A stretch of DNA of 64,000 bases from positions 416,001 to 480,000 of the forward strand of contig CAWCKY010000004.1 in assembly GCA_963796275.1 (NCBI GenBank), read 5' to 3'. Shown piece by piece: positions 50,543 to 60,736 of the stretch. A program made the translations under genes and the position numbers. Under the pieces are notes generated by a model. It was not told the DNA's origin. It was given only the letters and a program-made list of their open reading frames with translations, and did not search any database. Within the stretch, counting starts at the first letter, position 1, and every line of letters begins with the position of its first letter. This stretch comes from an uncultured Acidobacteriota bacterium (GTDB lineage: Bacteria > Acidobacteriota > Blastocatellia > RBC074).

Positions 50543-51216
50543 CGATTGCCTCCAGGTGCCTGATCGCGCGGCCCATGATCGAGCGTCGACCTCGAACCCG
50601 GCCCCGATCCCGTATTGGCCCCACCCGAACGCGCGGCGTCCAGATTTCTACGCAATTCGGCCAGCCTCTGCGGTTCCATCCCGCTCGATTCCAGTTCTCG
50701 CAGCAACGTTTCAGCCTCAGGTAGATTCTTCCGCGCTTCCAGATAAAATGAAAGGAGCAGCATTGCGACTGTTGTATTCTTCGGCTCCATTTCACGAGCC
50801 TGCTTGGCCAACCTGATGGCATCATCGACCTTGCCCATATACATATTTACCACTCCGAGCCCCAACAGAGGGCGAGGATCATTTGGTTTGATTTTTCTGG
50901 CCTGCTCCAGGAACGTGGTCGCCTCCTGGAATTGACTTATCTGAATGTATTGGAAGGCGGCATCGAGCTGCGCGTCAACGTCCTCAGGGTTGGCCTTTGC
51001 CTTATCGATGGCTGCACGTACTTGGTTTTGGACTTCCTCCGGCGACATGCGCGGGCCCGTCGAGAATTTATCGGCGGCTTCGACGACGGCGTTATTCTTG
51101 ATCAATCCCTGTTCATGGCGGAACTGAAGATTCGCGATCTTGAAACCGATCGCCAACCCCAGAATCAAGCCGATTATACACAAGGCTACTTTCGTTCTCA
51201 GGAAATCGAAATTCAT
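50539..51216 (-). CDS. Membrane-anchored TPR protein
   Basis: N-terminal hydrophobic helix followed by TPR-like repeats. Confidence 0.8.
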   Translation of the reverse strand: MNFDFLRTKVALCIIGLILGLAIGFKIANLQFRHEQGLIKNNAVVEAADKFSTGPRMSPEEVQNQVRAAIDKAKANPEDVDAQLDAAFQYIQISQFQEATTFLEQARKIKPNDPRPLLGLGVVNMYMGKVDDAIRLAKQAREMEPKNTTVAMLLLSFYLEARKNLPEAETLLRELESSGMEPQRLAELRRNLDAARSGGANTGSGPGSRSTLDHGPRDQAPGGNR

Positions 51217-51261
51217 TGTTTAGAGTCTCACAGTTCCCCAATTTGATTTAAAGATGCCGGA

Positions 51262-51720
<459 letters not shown>

Positions 51721-51727
51721 AGCAAAT

Positions 51728-51736
51728 ATTATAGCA
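51728..51736 (-). promoter_or_regulatory. Extended -10 promoter of rnpB
   Basis: TGCTATAAT on the minus strand about 7 nt before the predicted 5' end. Confidence 0.65.
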
Positions 51737-51823
51737 TGCAGATGGGGAAGCAGCGGCTGGGGAGATACCGGAGTCTGATCATAAAATGAGTTGAATTTTT
51801 TGAAATGCGGTCTGTCAGCAACG

Positions 51824-53761
51824 TCAATTTTTCCCCTGCTTCTGTTTTTTCATTTGCCGTTCGCTGACAATCAACCAGCCGCGCGCATTACGACGCAGAG
51901 TGATCACCCCCCGGGCTTTGCCTTCGACCGGTTTGCGCCCCTTCAGTCGCAACACCCATTCACGATCGAATGTGACGTCGGCTTCCTGCGCTCCGCCCGA
52001 ATTCTTTAGCTGTATCTGCGGTGAATCGGAGAACCGCAGCGTAGAGGAATCGAAACTTTTGAATATTCCCCTTTTTCGCTCTTCCACCTTCGCGCGCTGA
52101 AGCGAGCCGTAGCTGAAGTAATTGATCCGGTCGGCGTAATAGCTCATATGTTTATGCCAATCGCCCCGTGCGGCGGTAGTGGCCCATTCCGTATATACGG
52201 ACCGCACTTCACGTTGTGTACGTTCATCGAGGGTTGACGCCGATCCATCATTTTTCTCCGGGATGGCCGATGAGGCGTTGGCGATGGGTGATGGATTCCC
52301 TTCCCCGGCGGAATGGCCGGACGCCGGCGATGTTCCTGCCACCGAACCGAGACCTTGTCCCGGTTCGCCGCCTCTCCCTGACTGTTTGTCACTCTTTTTA
52401 ACCAGGGCGCTCTGGGCTGCCTCCTCCGATGGGGCGAATGCTTCCGATTGCGTTATCCACTCCTGTCTCAGGTAATATGCGAGCGAGCCGATCATCGCCA
52501 GGGCGATAACTATAAGAGCTAAATAGAATTTCGTCCGCGGCCCCTGCTCGATCAATAGTGACGGTGGCGAAATTTCCCCATCTTCATTCGACGACAGGTT
52601 CAGCAATTGCGCCGGTTTCAATTGCGACAGACTGGGGATCGTTGTGATTGCGGTGAAATCAGGTTCAGAGGCATAACTCTGCTGCGCCATCGCAAATGGC
52701 ATAGTAGGCAATGGGGACAAGTCAGGCAAGGAGGACAGCGAGGTAGCCGGAGGCAGCGAAGGCAGCTGTAATGATTCGCGAACGAGCGTCTGATCCGATT
52801 CGTCAGCTGAATCGTGAAACGCTTTAACCGTACCAACCAGGTGTTCGGAGAGTTGTGCGGCCGATTGAAATCGCTGGTTGGGATTCTTTGCGAGCGCGCG
52901 CAACACCACATTTTCCAATTCCCTGCTCAATCCGGAGCGGAACCTGCTGGGCGGAGCGGGCGGTTCCTGTAAATGTCGCAACAAAACGGTGGAAGTATGC
53001 TGGTCAGCGAATGGCGCGCGCCCGGTCAGCATCTCATACAGGATCACCCCGAGCGAATAAACATCGGAACGCGCATCGACGGCTTGTCCCGTACATTGTT
53101 CGGGGGAGATATAATTCGGAGTTCCGATGATGGTTTGCTCGTCGGTGATCCCCTGTAATGTATGCTCCCGGTCCTTTAATTTGGCGATGCCGAAATCGAG
53201 GACGAGAACACGCTCTACCCCGTCATCGGATGTCTCGATCATGACATTATCGGGCTTGAGATCGCGATGGATGATTCCCAGCCGATGCGCCGCTTCGATG
53301 CCCGCGCAAACCTGAGAAAGAATCATTGCTGCTCGTTCGGGCCTCATCTGACCGTTCCGCGCTGCGTGAGTCTTCATCTCTTCCCGCAGACTGCGACCCT
53401 CGATCAGCTCCATCACCAGGTATGCCCCGCCTTTGGACAGCATCCCGAAGTCGTATACCGCGACGATGTTGGGATGCTTGAGACGAGCAACCGCCCTGGC
53501 CTCGCGGTTAAACCGTTCACGGATTGTAGGGTCGGTGAGAAATTCGGCGCGCAGTATTTTAATGGCTACTGCTCTATCTAATTGAAGATGTGTGGCGCGG
53601 AAGACTGATCCCATTCCACCATGAGCGATCAGCTGCTCCAGCCGATATTTTCCATCTATGACTATCGGGAGAGAGTCATTAGCGCGCGTCGGCGTGTGAT
53701 CGAAAAGACAGAACTCGACGCCATCGCCAAAACAACGATGGCAGGACTGACAGTATCGCAT
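51824..53761 (-). CDS. Membrane Hanks-type Ser/Thr kinase with N-terminal Cys ribbon and C-terminal NTF2-like domain
   Basis: HGGMGSV, VAIK, HRDLKPDN, DFG, GTPNYISPEQ, SDVYSLG; TM FYLALIVIALAMIGSLAYY. Confidence 0.93.
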   Translation of the reverse strand: MRYCQSCHRCFGDGVEFCLFDHTPTRANDSLPIVIDGKYRLEQLIAHGGMGSVFRATHLQLDRAVAIKILRAEFLTDPTIRERFNREARAVARLKHPNIVAVYDFGMLSKGGAYLVMELIEGRSLREEMKTHAARNGQMRPERAAMILSQVCAGIEAAHRLGIIHRDLKPDNVMIETSDDGVERVLVLDFGIAKLKDREHTLQGITDEQTIIGTPNYISPEQCTGQAVDARSDVYSLGVILYEMLTGRAPFADQHTSTVLLRHLQEPPAPPSRFRSGLSRELENVVLRALAKNPNQRFQSAAQLSEHLVGTVKAFHDSADESDQTLVRESLQLPSLPPATSLSSLPDLSPLPTMPFAMAQQSYASEPDFTAITTIPSLSQLKPAQLLNLSSNEDGEISPPSLLIEQGPRTKFYLALIVIALAMIGSLAYYLRQEWITQSEAFAPSEEAAQSALVKKSDKQSGRGGEPGQGLGSVAGTSPASGHSAGEGNPSPIANASSAIPEKNDGSASTLDERTQREVRSVYTEWATTAARGDWHKHMSYYADRINYFSYGSLQRAKVEERKRGIFKSFDSSTLRFSDSPQIQLKNSGGAQEADVTFDREWVLRLKGRKPVEGKARGVITLRRNARGWLIVSERQMKKQKQGKN

Positions 53762-54465
53762 CGCCCTTCTCCATTAATGAAGGCCGAAGTGCTTGCTCCG
53801 GTCTCTATGAGTTCAAGTAAATTAAAGGGGGTTAAACATTCCTATCTCGCGTGCGCCAAGTGACACGCTCATTCGAAGAATACTAAACGTGGGGGTGTAT
53901 GACAAGTATTTAAGACAGGAGAAAAGGAGGGGTGGAAAGGGTCCGATTTCGTATCTTCGAGAGACGGATTGCCATCCCGTCCCCGCGACGTGACATGCGC
54001 GAAAAGAATATGACAAAAAAAACCGCTATTGTTTTCATTTTTCTTTCACATTCAACAAATCAGTGTAAGAATACAACAGCTGCTTAAGAGATTCTTACGT
54101 ACGTTTTGAAGTTAAAGCTATGTCAATCCCCCAACAATCACAGCGATCGCTGTTGGTTAACGTATATCTCGCCCTGGGCGGCCGCTCACCACAATGGCCG
54201 CGAATGACGCGCATTCCTGATAGATCGAACACAGTATTGCGCGCGAGCTGTGCTTCTAGGAAACCGAAATCCATCCAGACATCAGATCCCTGAGCAGCGA
54301 AAACTCTGCGGGAAAATGCGCTCGCAGGCTGACAAGCATAGCGGGCCGGAAGATGTCTTCCGATCTCGCTGGAAACCCAACAAATATAAGCCAACTGTCG
54401 CCCTGGCCGTATCCAGCGCCTGCACGCTGATCGGTTATCGACATTGGCTTAGTCTGGAGACAAGA

Positions 54466-55119
54466 ATGAGCAATCCCCCAGTATTGCAAGAACCAGTACC
54501 CAAGCCTCGATCAGGGCGTCCTGAGCGCAAAACGAGGTGGGTGTTGACGAAAGATTCTATCGATAAACTCCTGGCGCACCTGGGCGAAGATCCTGAAACT
54601 GCGGGACGAGCCTATCAGGAGTTACGCGCTAAGCTGATCGTCTTCTTTGAATGTAACAGGTGCACTGAAGCTGAGGAGCTCGCCGATATTGCTCTCAATC
54701 GGGTTGCACGCAAACTCTGTGATGGCGAAAACATACACAAACCGATGTTGTACGCCCTCAGTGTCGCGCGCTTCGTTTTGAGCGAATATTGGCGGAGACC
54801 CGAGAAATCGGATGTCTCTCTCGATGAAACCATTTTGGAATTCGAGAATAACTACTCAGCTCATGTTGAGAATACTCGCGCCCAGCATGAGGCTGAAATG
54901 CGACGCGAAGAATTCATGCGACGCTGTTTCATGCAGTTGTCTGCCCCGCAACGAGATCTCCTGATCGATTATTATAGGTGCGAAGAAGGCTCGCTGGTCG
55001 ATCACCGGAGAGAGATGGCTGAAAGACTCCGCATTTCCCCCAATGCGCTGTCAATACAGGTTCATCGATTGCGCGGAAAACTCGTCAATTCTTTGGAAGA
55101 GTCTCTGAAGAGAGACTAA
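54466..55119 (+). CDS. ECF-type sigma factor
   Basis: ATG after GGAGA; region-2-like EAEELADIALNRVARKL; region-4 QLSAPQRDLL..EMAERLRISPNALSIQVHRLRGKL. Confidence 0.82.
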   Translation: MSNPPVLQEPVPKPRSGRPERKTRWVLTKDSIDKLLAHLGEDPETAGRAYQELRAKLIVFFECNRCTEAEELADIALNRVARKLCDGENIHKPMLYALSVARFVLSEYWRRPEKSDVSLDETILEFENNYSAHVENTRAQHEAEMRREEFMRRCFMQLSAPQRDLLIDYYRCEEGSLVDHRREMAERLRISPNALSIQVHRLRGKLVNSLEESLKRD

Positions 55120-55147
55120 TTCGCCTATATAACAAATCACTTCGATT

Positions 55148-55183
55148 GGTAGGACAGGCCCGAAACCTGTCCTACCTTATTTT
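55148..55183 (+). terminator. GTAG-type hairpin / intrinsic terminator between sigma and anti-sigma
   Basis: ggtaggacagg-cccgaaa-cctgtcctacc followed by ttatttt. Confidence 0.7.
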
Positions 55184-55274
55184 CGCACCGTTACATTCCA
55201 TATAGGAAATTTTTCTTATGGAAGAAATGAGGTGTGCGCATCGGGATAATACAGACTTTTATATTTAATTGTTT

Positions 55275-55300
55275 TTGAAAGAATCATACTCTATCAGTCA
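55275..55300 (+). promoter_or_regulatory. Putative ECF promoter TGAAAGAATC-N12-TCAC, copy 1
   Basis: Identical boxes and spacing at 55803-55828. Confidence 0.55.
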
Positions 55301-55318
55301 CATATAGTTAGACAAGAA

Positions 55319-55789
55319 ATGAGTGAAAAATCTCCGAGTTCACCGGATCAACAATGGGAATTGACACCGCAGCCGACTGAGCTGCTTGGAATGGATGAAC
55401 AGATGATAAACGAATATCTCCTGGGAGAATTGCCCACACTCCAGCGGGAAGCGTTTGAAAACGCGCTCTTCAGCGATCCCAATCTTTATCATAAGTTGAT
55501 GATCGCCGAAGACAGACTGATAGACGACTACCTATGTTGTCAGCTATCTCACGCACAGCAATTACGATTTGAGCGATATTTCCTTATCTCAGAGAGGCGG
55601 CGGGCAAAACTCGCACTCGGGCAGACCTTCCATACGACCCTTTCAGAATTCGACGATGCTTCGTTGACTTATAACTGGAAATCTTTCTGGCGAATGCCGC
55701 GTACGCTTCGTGGCATTCTTATGGTGGCCTTGCTTATCTTTTCCTTCTTATTCATCGCCGCATATTTTATGTTGTGGCGAGCTCAGTAA
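55319..55789 (+). CDS. Putative membrane anti-sigma factor lacking an extracytoplasmic domain
   Basis: EYLLGELP..QREAFENALF..AEDRLIDDYL anti-sigma-like helices; single TM at the very C-terminus; follows the ECF sigma. Confidence 0.7.
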   Translation: MSEKSPSSPDQQWELTPQPTELLGMDEQMINEYLLGELPTLQREAFENALFSDPNLYHKLMIAEDRLIDDYLCCQLSHAQQLRFERYFLISERRRAKLALGQTFHTTLSEFDDASLTYNWKSFWRMPRTLRGILMVALLIFSFLFIAAYFMLWRAQ

Positions 55790-55802
55790 TAAAAATATTT
55801 CT

Positions 55803-55828
55803 GAAAGAATCGCCGGATTTAGATCACT
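55803..55828 (+). promoter_or_regulatory. Putative ECF promoter TGAAAGAATC-N12-TCAC, copy 2
   Basis: tgaaagaatc-gccggatttaga-tcac. Confidence 0.5.
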
Positions 55829-56130
55829 AAAAGGTGAACCAAAGTTTTTGACTCAGTTTTTTTGAGTCGAAAATGATGTCACTGGGATAGTGGAGAATTA
55901 GGAGAAAGGATCAGGTAAGGGGTAAGGATGGGAATTTTCCTTATACTTCTCCACTTTCCCGGTGGCTTGGCTTCTAAACCAGCAATTTGTATGACTCTTT
56001 GAAAATATCCCCATAACTCATTAGTCCTTGATTCATCAATGCAATCGTAAGCTTTAGAGTACCATTTGTCCTCATGCCAAATGCTTGTCTGCTTTTCCCG
56101 TGTGCTATCAGACGCATAATCCCTAGCCAT

Positions 56131-56185
56131 TACACCGCCGCCTCATAAGCTGCTAAAAACAGTTACGGCAGGGGCGGCGGTGTAA
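56131..56185. other. Hairpin / inverted repeat
   Basis: ttacaccgccgcc ... ggcggcggtgtaa. Confidence 0.5.
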
Positions 56186-56191
56186 CATTCA

Positions 56192-56221
56192 TTGACAGCC
56201 TCGCAAACTTTTACTTATATT
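56192..56221 (+). promoter_or_regulatory. sigma70 promoter
   Basis: TTGACA-18 nt-TATATT upstream of ATG 56236. Confidence 0.55.
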
Positions 56222-56235
56222 GATTTTCTGAAGAT

Positions 56236-56487
56236 ATGGAAGATTTCCACACCGAGCAGAGTGCTGCCAGAGATTCAAAGCGGACCCCATCTTCAACGCC
56301 GCCCTGCTGCGGCTCAGGTTGCGCTGTCTGCGTGCTGGATTACTGGGTCGATGACGAACACGAAGTGACACAGGAAGAGACCACAAGAGACTCAGTCGGA
56401 TCTGAACTGTTGGTTCTGCTGGAAGCCTTTGAGGATGCCGAGCGGCAGGCGAAGCAGATGAACGCTCAAATTGACGAGAGCGAATAA
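56236..56487 (+). CDS. Stand-alone oxidoreductase-like Cys-rich domain protein
   Basis: CCGSGCAVCVLDYW signature. Confidence 0.78.
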   Translation: MEDFHTEQSAARDSKRTPSSTPPCCGSGCAVCVLDYWVDDEHEVTQEETTRDSVGSELLVLLEAFEDAERQAKQMNAQIDESE

Positions 56488-56583
56488 AATCTATCCAACC
56501 CTTGCAGCGTGCCCTTCGTGCAATACCAAGATATCTCCATTAGAAAATAGGTCAGCTTAACCTCAATCATTGGGAGGAGTGGC

Positions 56584-58581
56584 ATGAGAGAAGAAGAAGC
56601 GGTTGAGAAAAAGTTTAAACCGTTCGTTCCAAGTGAACAGATAATTCCGGAATTTTCAGTTAAAGCCATAATTCTGGGCGCGATTTTCGGCCTGATCTTC
56701 GGCGCATCCACTGTTTATCTGGCGCTCAGGGCCGGCTTGACGGTCTCCGCCTCGATTCCCATTGCAGTGCTCGCCATCGCAGTTTTCAAGCGCCTCGGCA
56801 AATCGACCATACTCGAAAACAACATCGTCCAGACGATCGGCTCGGCTGGCGAGTCGGTTGCCGCCGGAGTGGCCTTCACTATCCCCGCGCTCATTTTTCT
56901 GACATCGGGAGAACAGTTCTTTACCTATTTCAACATATTCACCCTGGCGCTCGTCGGCGGAATATTGGGCGTCCTTTTCATGGTTCCGCTGCGCCGTTCG
57001 TTGATTGTGAAGGAGCACGACACACTACCTTATCCGGAAGGAACAGCATGCGCCGAGGTACTTGTCGCCGGTGAAAGAGGCGGCTCGATGGCGGGCAAAG
57101 TATTCGCCGGACTTGGCATTGCTTTCGCTTACAAGTCGCTCATGAGTATTCTCGGCCTGTGGAAAGAGCGACCGACGATGGAGCTAGGGCGCAATACCAG
57201 CTTTCCTAATGCCAGCGTGAGCGCCGAGATCACCCCGGAATACCTCGGGGTCGGTTACATCATCGGCCCTCGCATTGCCGGCGTATTGGTCGCAGGTGGG
57301 GTGCTCGCTTATCTCGTATTGATTCCGCTCATCACTTTCATAGGTGACGGCCTGCCGGCCGTTCTCAGGCCTGGTGATGGACTGATTCGCGATATGTCGC
57401 CATCGGCCATTCGTTTGGGCTATGTTCGCTATATAGGCGCAGGCGCCGTTGCGGCCGCCGGGTTGATCACGTTGATTCGAACTCTGCCCACGATCATCTC
57501 CGCGTTCAGAGAGAGCTTTAAGAGCCTGCGTGATACCAGAGCCGGGGTGGCTCAGTCACGGACCGAGCGCGATCTTCCGATCACGTACGTTATCGTCGGC
57601 TCGCTGGTGCTGGTATTTATCGTTGCGATGTTACCCCAGCTGCCGGGCGAGACGATTACCGGCAGATTATTGATGGGCCTGATGGTAGTGGTTTTCGGCT
57701 TCTTTTTCGTGACGGTCAGTTCGCGCATCGTCGGTCTCATCGGCTCATCATCAAATCCGATCTCCGGCATGACGATCGCCACGCTCATGGCGACCTGCCT
57801 GATATTCGTAGGTCTCGGCTGGACGGGCGAGGGCTATCAGGCGCTGGCGCTGGCTGTCGGCGGGATAGTATGCATCGCCGCGGCGAACGCCGGGGCGACC
57901 AGCCAGGATTTGAAGACCGGTTACATCGTCGGCGCGACGCCTCTCTACCAGCAAATCGGTCTGATCATCGGCGTCGTCGTATCGACCATAGTCATCGGTC
58001 TGACATTGCAGGCGCTGGATGCTTCCATGAGATTTCAGGGTATCGAGCATGCCATCGGCTCAGAAAGAATGCCGGCGCCGCAGGGGACCCTCATGGCCAC
58101 TATCATTCGCGGATTGTTGGCGCAAGACTTGCCTTGGGGCCTGGTCTTTGTCGGGATGTTCATTTCGGTGGTAGTCGAATTGTGCGGCGTCCGCTCGCTT
58201 TCATTCGCCGTCGGCGCATATCTCCCGCTCTCGACGACGGCGCCGATCTTCGTCGGCGGTCTGATAAAAGCCTGGGCCGATAAAATGTCCGGCGCCAGTG
58301 CCGGCGGTCACGGTGAATCCGAAGTCAGCTCCGGGATGCTCTATAGCACGGGATTGGTCGCCGGCGGATCTCTGACGGGCGTCGCCATCGCATTACTTAG
58401 TGGTATCTCCACCACCGGACCGGATGGCAGCGAGATTTCAATCTTGCGCTGGGTACTCGATAAAGTCGGCATCAACGGCTGGGAGCATCTGGGCGGCCTC
58501 GCCGATCTCATCGGCATCGCCTTCTTCGCCGGACTTTGCTTGCTACTGTTGAGAGCGGCAAGGCAGAAAATCGATACGTGA
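56584..58581 (+). CDS. OPT family oligopeptide/metal-chelate transporter
   Basis: GLTVSASIP, ILENNIVQTIGSAGES, LPYPEGTACA, SSNPISG, SQDLKTG, APQGTLM. Confidence 0.93.
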   Translation: MREEEAVEKKFKPFVPSEQIIPEFSVKAIILGAIFGLIFGASTVYLALRAGLTVSASIPIAVLAIAVFKRLGKSTILENNIVQTIGSAGESVAAGVAFTIPALIFLTSGEQFFTYFNIFTLALVGGILGVLFMVPLRRSLIVKEHDTLPYPEGTACAEVLVAGERGGSMAGKVFAGLGIAFAYKSLMSILGLWKERPTMELGRNTSFPNASVSAEITPEYLGVGYIIGPRIAGVLVAGGVLAYLVLIPLITFIGDGLPAVLRPGDGLIRDMSPSAIRLGYVRYIGAGAVAAAGLITLIRTLPTIISAFRESFKSLRDTRAGVAQSRTERDLPITYVIVGSLVLVFIVAMLPQLPGETITGRLLMGLMVVVFGFFFVTVSSRIVGLIGSSSNPISGMTIATLMATCLIFVGLGWTGEGYQALALAVGGIVCIAAANAGATSQDLKTGYIVGATPLYQQIGLIIGVVVSTIVIGLTLQALDASMRFQGIEHAIGSERMPAPQGTLMATIIRGLLAQDLPWGLVFVGMFISVVVELCGVRSLSFAVGAYLPLSTTAPIFVGGLIKAWADKMSGASAGGHGESEVSSGMLYSTGLVAGGSLTGVAIALLSGISTTGPDGSEISILRWVLDKVGINGWEHLGGLADLIGIAFFAGLCLLLLRAARQKIDT

Positions 58582-58593
58582 GACTCCCATTCA

Positions 58594-59778
58594 ATGACTC
58601 TACCACTTAAAGGAATCAGAGTTCTCGACTTCGGCCGCTACATCGCCGGACCGTACTGCGCAATGATGCTCGCCGATTTCGGAGCGGAGGTAATACGCAT
58701 CGAGCGGCGCGCAGGGGGTGAGGATCGTTACATTGCGCCGATCACGGAGCAGGGCGATGGGCCGATGTACATCGGGTTCAATCGCAACAAAAAAGGGATA
58801 ACGCTCGATCTTTCGCGACCGCAATCCCGGGAAATCAAGGTGAGATTGATTTCCAGCGCCGATGTCGTAATCGCCAATCTCCCCCTCGATGTCCTGCGTA
58901 AACTCGAGCTCGATTATCCGTCCCTCACCGCAATCAAACCCGACATTATCCTCACCCATATATCGGCCTTCGGATCGGATGGACCTTATGCCGATCGTGT
59001 CGGCTTCGACTCTGTCGTACAGGCGATGTCGGGGGCGATGAGCCTGACGGGGTTTCCCGGCCCTCCCATCCGCAGCGCCGTCAGTTTTGAAGACCTGGGC
59101 ACGGCTCTGCACGCGGCATTCGGCACGATGGTCGCGCTGTTTGAAAGAGCGAAATCGGGGCGCGGCCAGATCGTCGAAGCTTCGCTGCTCGCAACCGGCG
59201 TGACATTCATGCAGGTGCTCCTGGCCGAACGCTACGTCCGCGACGTCGTTCGCAAGCAACAAGGCAACGCCGGCTTTCACGTTGCTCCGAACGACGTCTA
59301 CCGAACGAAAGACGGTTGGATAATGGTGCAAGCGATGGGTCAGCCGATGTTCACGCGCTGGGCCCGATTGGTTGGGAGAGAGGACCTGCTCGCTGATCCG
59401 CGTTGTGCCGATGATATCACCCGGGCCGACCATCATGAGCTCATCACCGAAGCGATGAATAACTGGTTATCCCGCCTCACCACCGGCGAGGCGATCGAAA
59501 AGCTCGAAGAGGCGCGCGTTCCCTGCGGCAAGGTATACCAACTCGATGAAGTCTTCGATGATCCACAGGTGAAGAAGCGCGAGTTGTTGAAGTTTATCGA
59601 GTATCCGGGAAGCGCGCGGCCCGTTCCCGTGCCTGACACGCCGGTTCGCCTGTCAGAAACCGCGGGCGAGGTGAGACATCGCGCTCCGATGCTGGGCGAA
59701 CACACTAATGACATATTGCGCGAACTCGGATTCAGCGCAGACGAGATCGCCGAGTTTCATAGAGCCGGTGTGGTCTAA
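58594..59778 (+). CDS. Class III CoA-transferase (CaiB/BaiF)
   Basis: [38 protein letters not shown]. Confidence 0.93.
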   Translation: MTLPLKGIRVLDFGRYIAGPYCAMMLADFGAEVIRIERRAGGEDRYIAPITEQGDGPMYIGFNRNKKGITLDLSRPQSREIKVRLISSADVVIANLPLDVLRKLELDYPSLTAIKPDIILTHISAFGSDGPYADRVGFDSVVQAMSGAMSLTGFPGPPIRSAVSFEDLGTALHAAFGTMVALFERAKSGRGQIVEASLLATGVTFMQVLLAERYVRDVVRKQQGNAGFHVAPNDVYRTKDGWIMVQAMGQPMFTRWARLVGREDLLADPRCADDITRADHHELITEAMNNWLSRLTTGEAIEKLEEARVPCGKVYQLDEVFDDPQVKKRELLKFIEYPGSARPVPVPDTPVRLSETAGEVRHRAPMLGEHTNDILRELGFSADEIAEFHRAGVV

Positions 59779-59891
59779 TTATCAGCCAGAGAGAAGCTGA
59801 GGTAGACGGCAGACAAGGAGAAAGAGATAAAATTTACATTTCGAGAGGATCTATTCGTCTCCCTAACTTTGTCTCCTTACATTCGCCCCGT

Positions 59892-60521
59892 TTACGTTTC
59901 ACTCATATCGACCCACTTGACGATACTCTCCAACGGGCGATGGTTGAAGAATTGCGCAATCAAATCTTCAATATCATGCGATTCGACGATCAGTCGTCGA
60001 TAGCGCGGTAAAACAAACCCCTCTTCGATCGCGCGATCGATCATCGACAATAAGGGATCGAAATATCCTTCGACGTTGAGTACGCCGATCGGCTTCTGAT
60101 GGATGCCGAGCTGAGCCCAGGTCAAGGCTTCGAACAATTCGTCGAAAGTCCCCAATCCTCCGGGCAAAGCGATAAAGGCGTCGGCCAATTCGGTCATCAT
60201 TGCCTTGCGCTCATGCATCGTTCCCACAATTCGCATCTCGACCCGAGTCCCGTTGGTGACGCTCAACGCAAGTTCCTTGGTCGCCAGCGCGTAGGGGATG
60301 ACGCCGACCACTTCTCCTTTCGCTTCAATCACCGCCTGCGCAACCGTCCCCATAAGGCCGATTCCCCCGCCACCATAAACCAGGCCGATCCCACGCGCTG
60401 CCATTGTCCGGCCCAATGTCTGCGCCGTTTCGACATACATTTCGCGCGTCCCCGAGCTCGAACCGCAGAAGACGCAGATACGTTCGATCTTCTTTCCATT
60501 CATATCATTCATTTCATTCAT
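59892..60521 (-). CDS. LOG family nucleotide phosphoribohydrolase (TIGR00730-type)
   Basis: CVFCGSS, VYGGG, MHERK, ALPGGLGTFDE; ATG 60521 after GAGG. Confidence 0.92.
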   Translation of the reverse strand: MNEMNDMNGKKIERICVFCGSSSGTREMYVETAQTLGRTMAARGIGLVYGGGGIGLMGTVAQAVIEAKGEVVGVIPYALATKELALSVTNGTRVEMRIVGTMHERKAMMTELADAFIALPGGLGTFDELFEALTWAQLGIHQKPIGVLNVEGYFDPLLSMIDRAIEEGFVLPRYRRLIVESHDIEDLIAQFFNHRPLESIVKWVDMSET

Positions 60522-60736
60522 CAATAAAACCTCATTCGATTTCATATTAAATCGGGAGATAAACATTTGTGAAGCCACCATTATTTATATGGTTCTTTTA
60601 TAAGATTATTTCAGTCGAGAAATCGCCATCTGCGCGCTTTGCGGTTATACTTATTGGGAATGATTTCGATCTGTATCTAATCTATCGTGCGAGCTCCCTT
60701 TCCGGAAAGATCAGATTTTATGTTGGAGAAGTAGAC

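Noticed and set aside
54008-54048. Minus-strand TGAAAACAAT-N14-TCAT as a third ECF promoter facing the kinase
   Set aside because: Spacing and sequence differ from the two matching copies and it spans a homopolymer; too weak.
55879-56130. 83-aa minus-strand ORF as a toxin or mobile-element remnant
   Set aside because: No recognisable motif or clear RBS; cannot be supported without a search.
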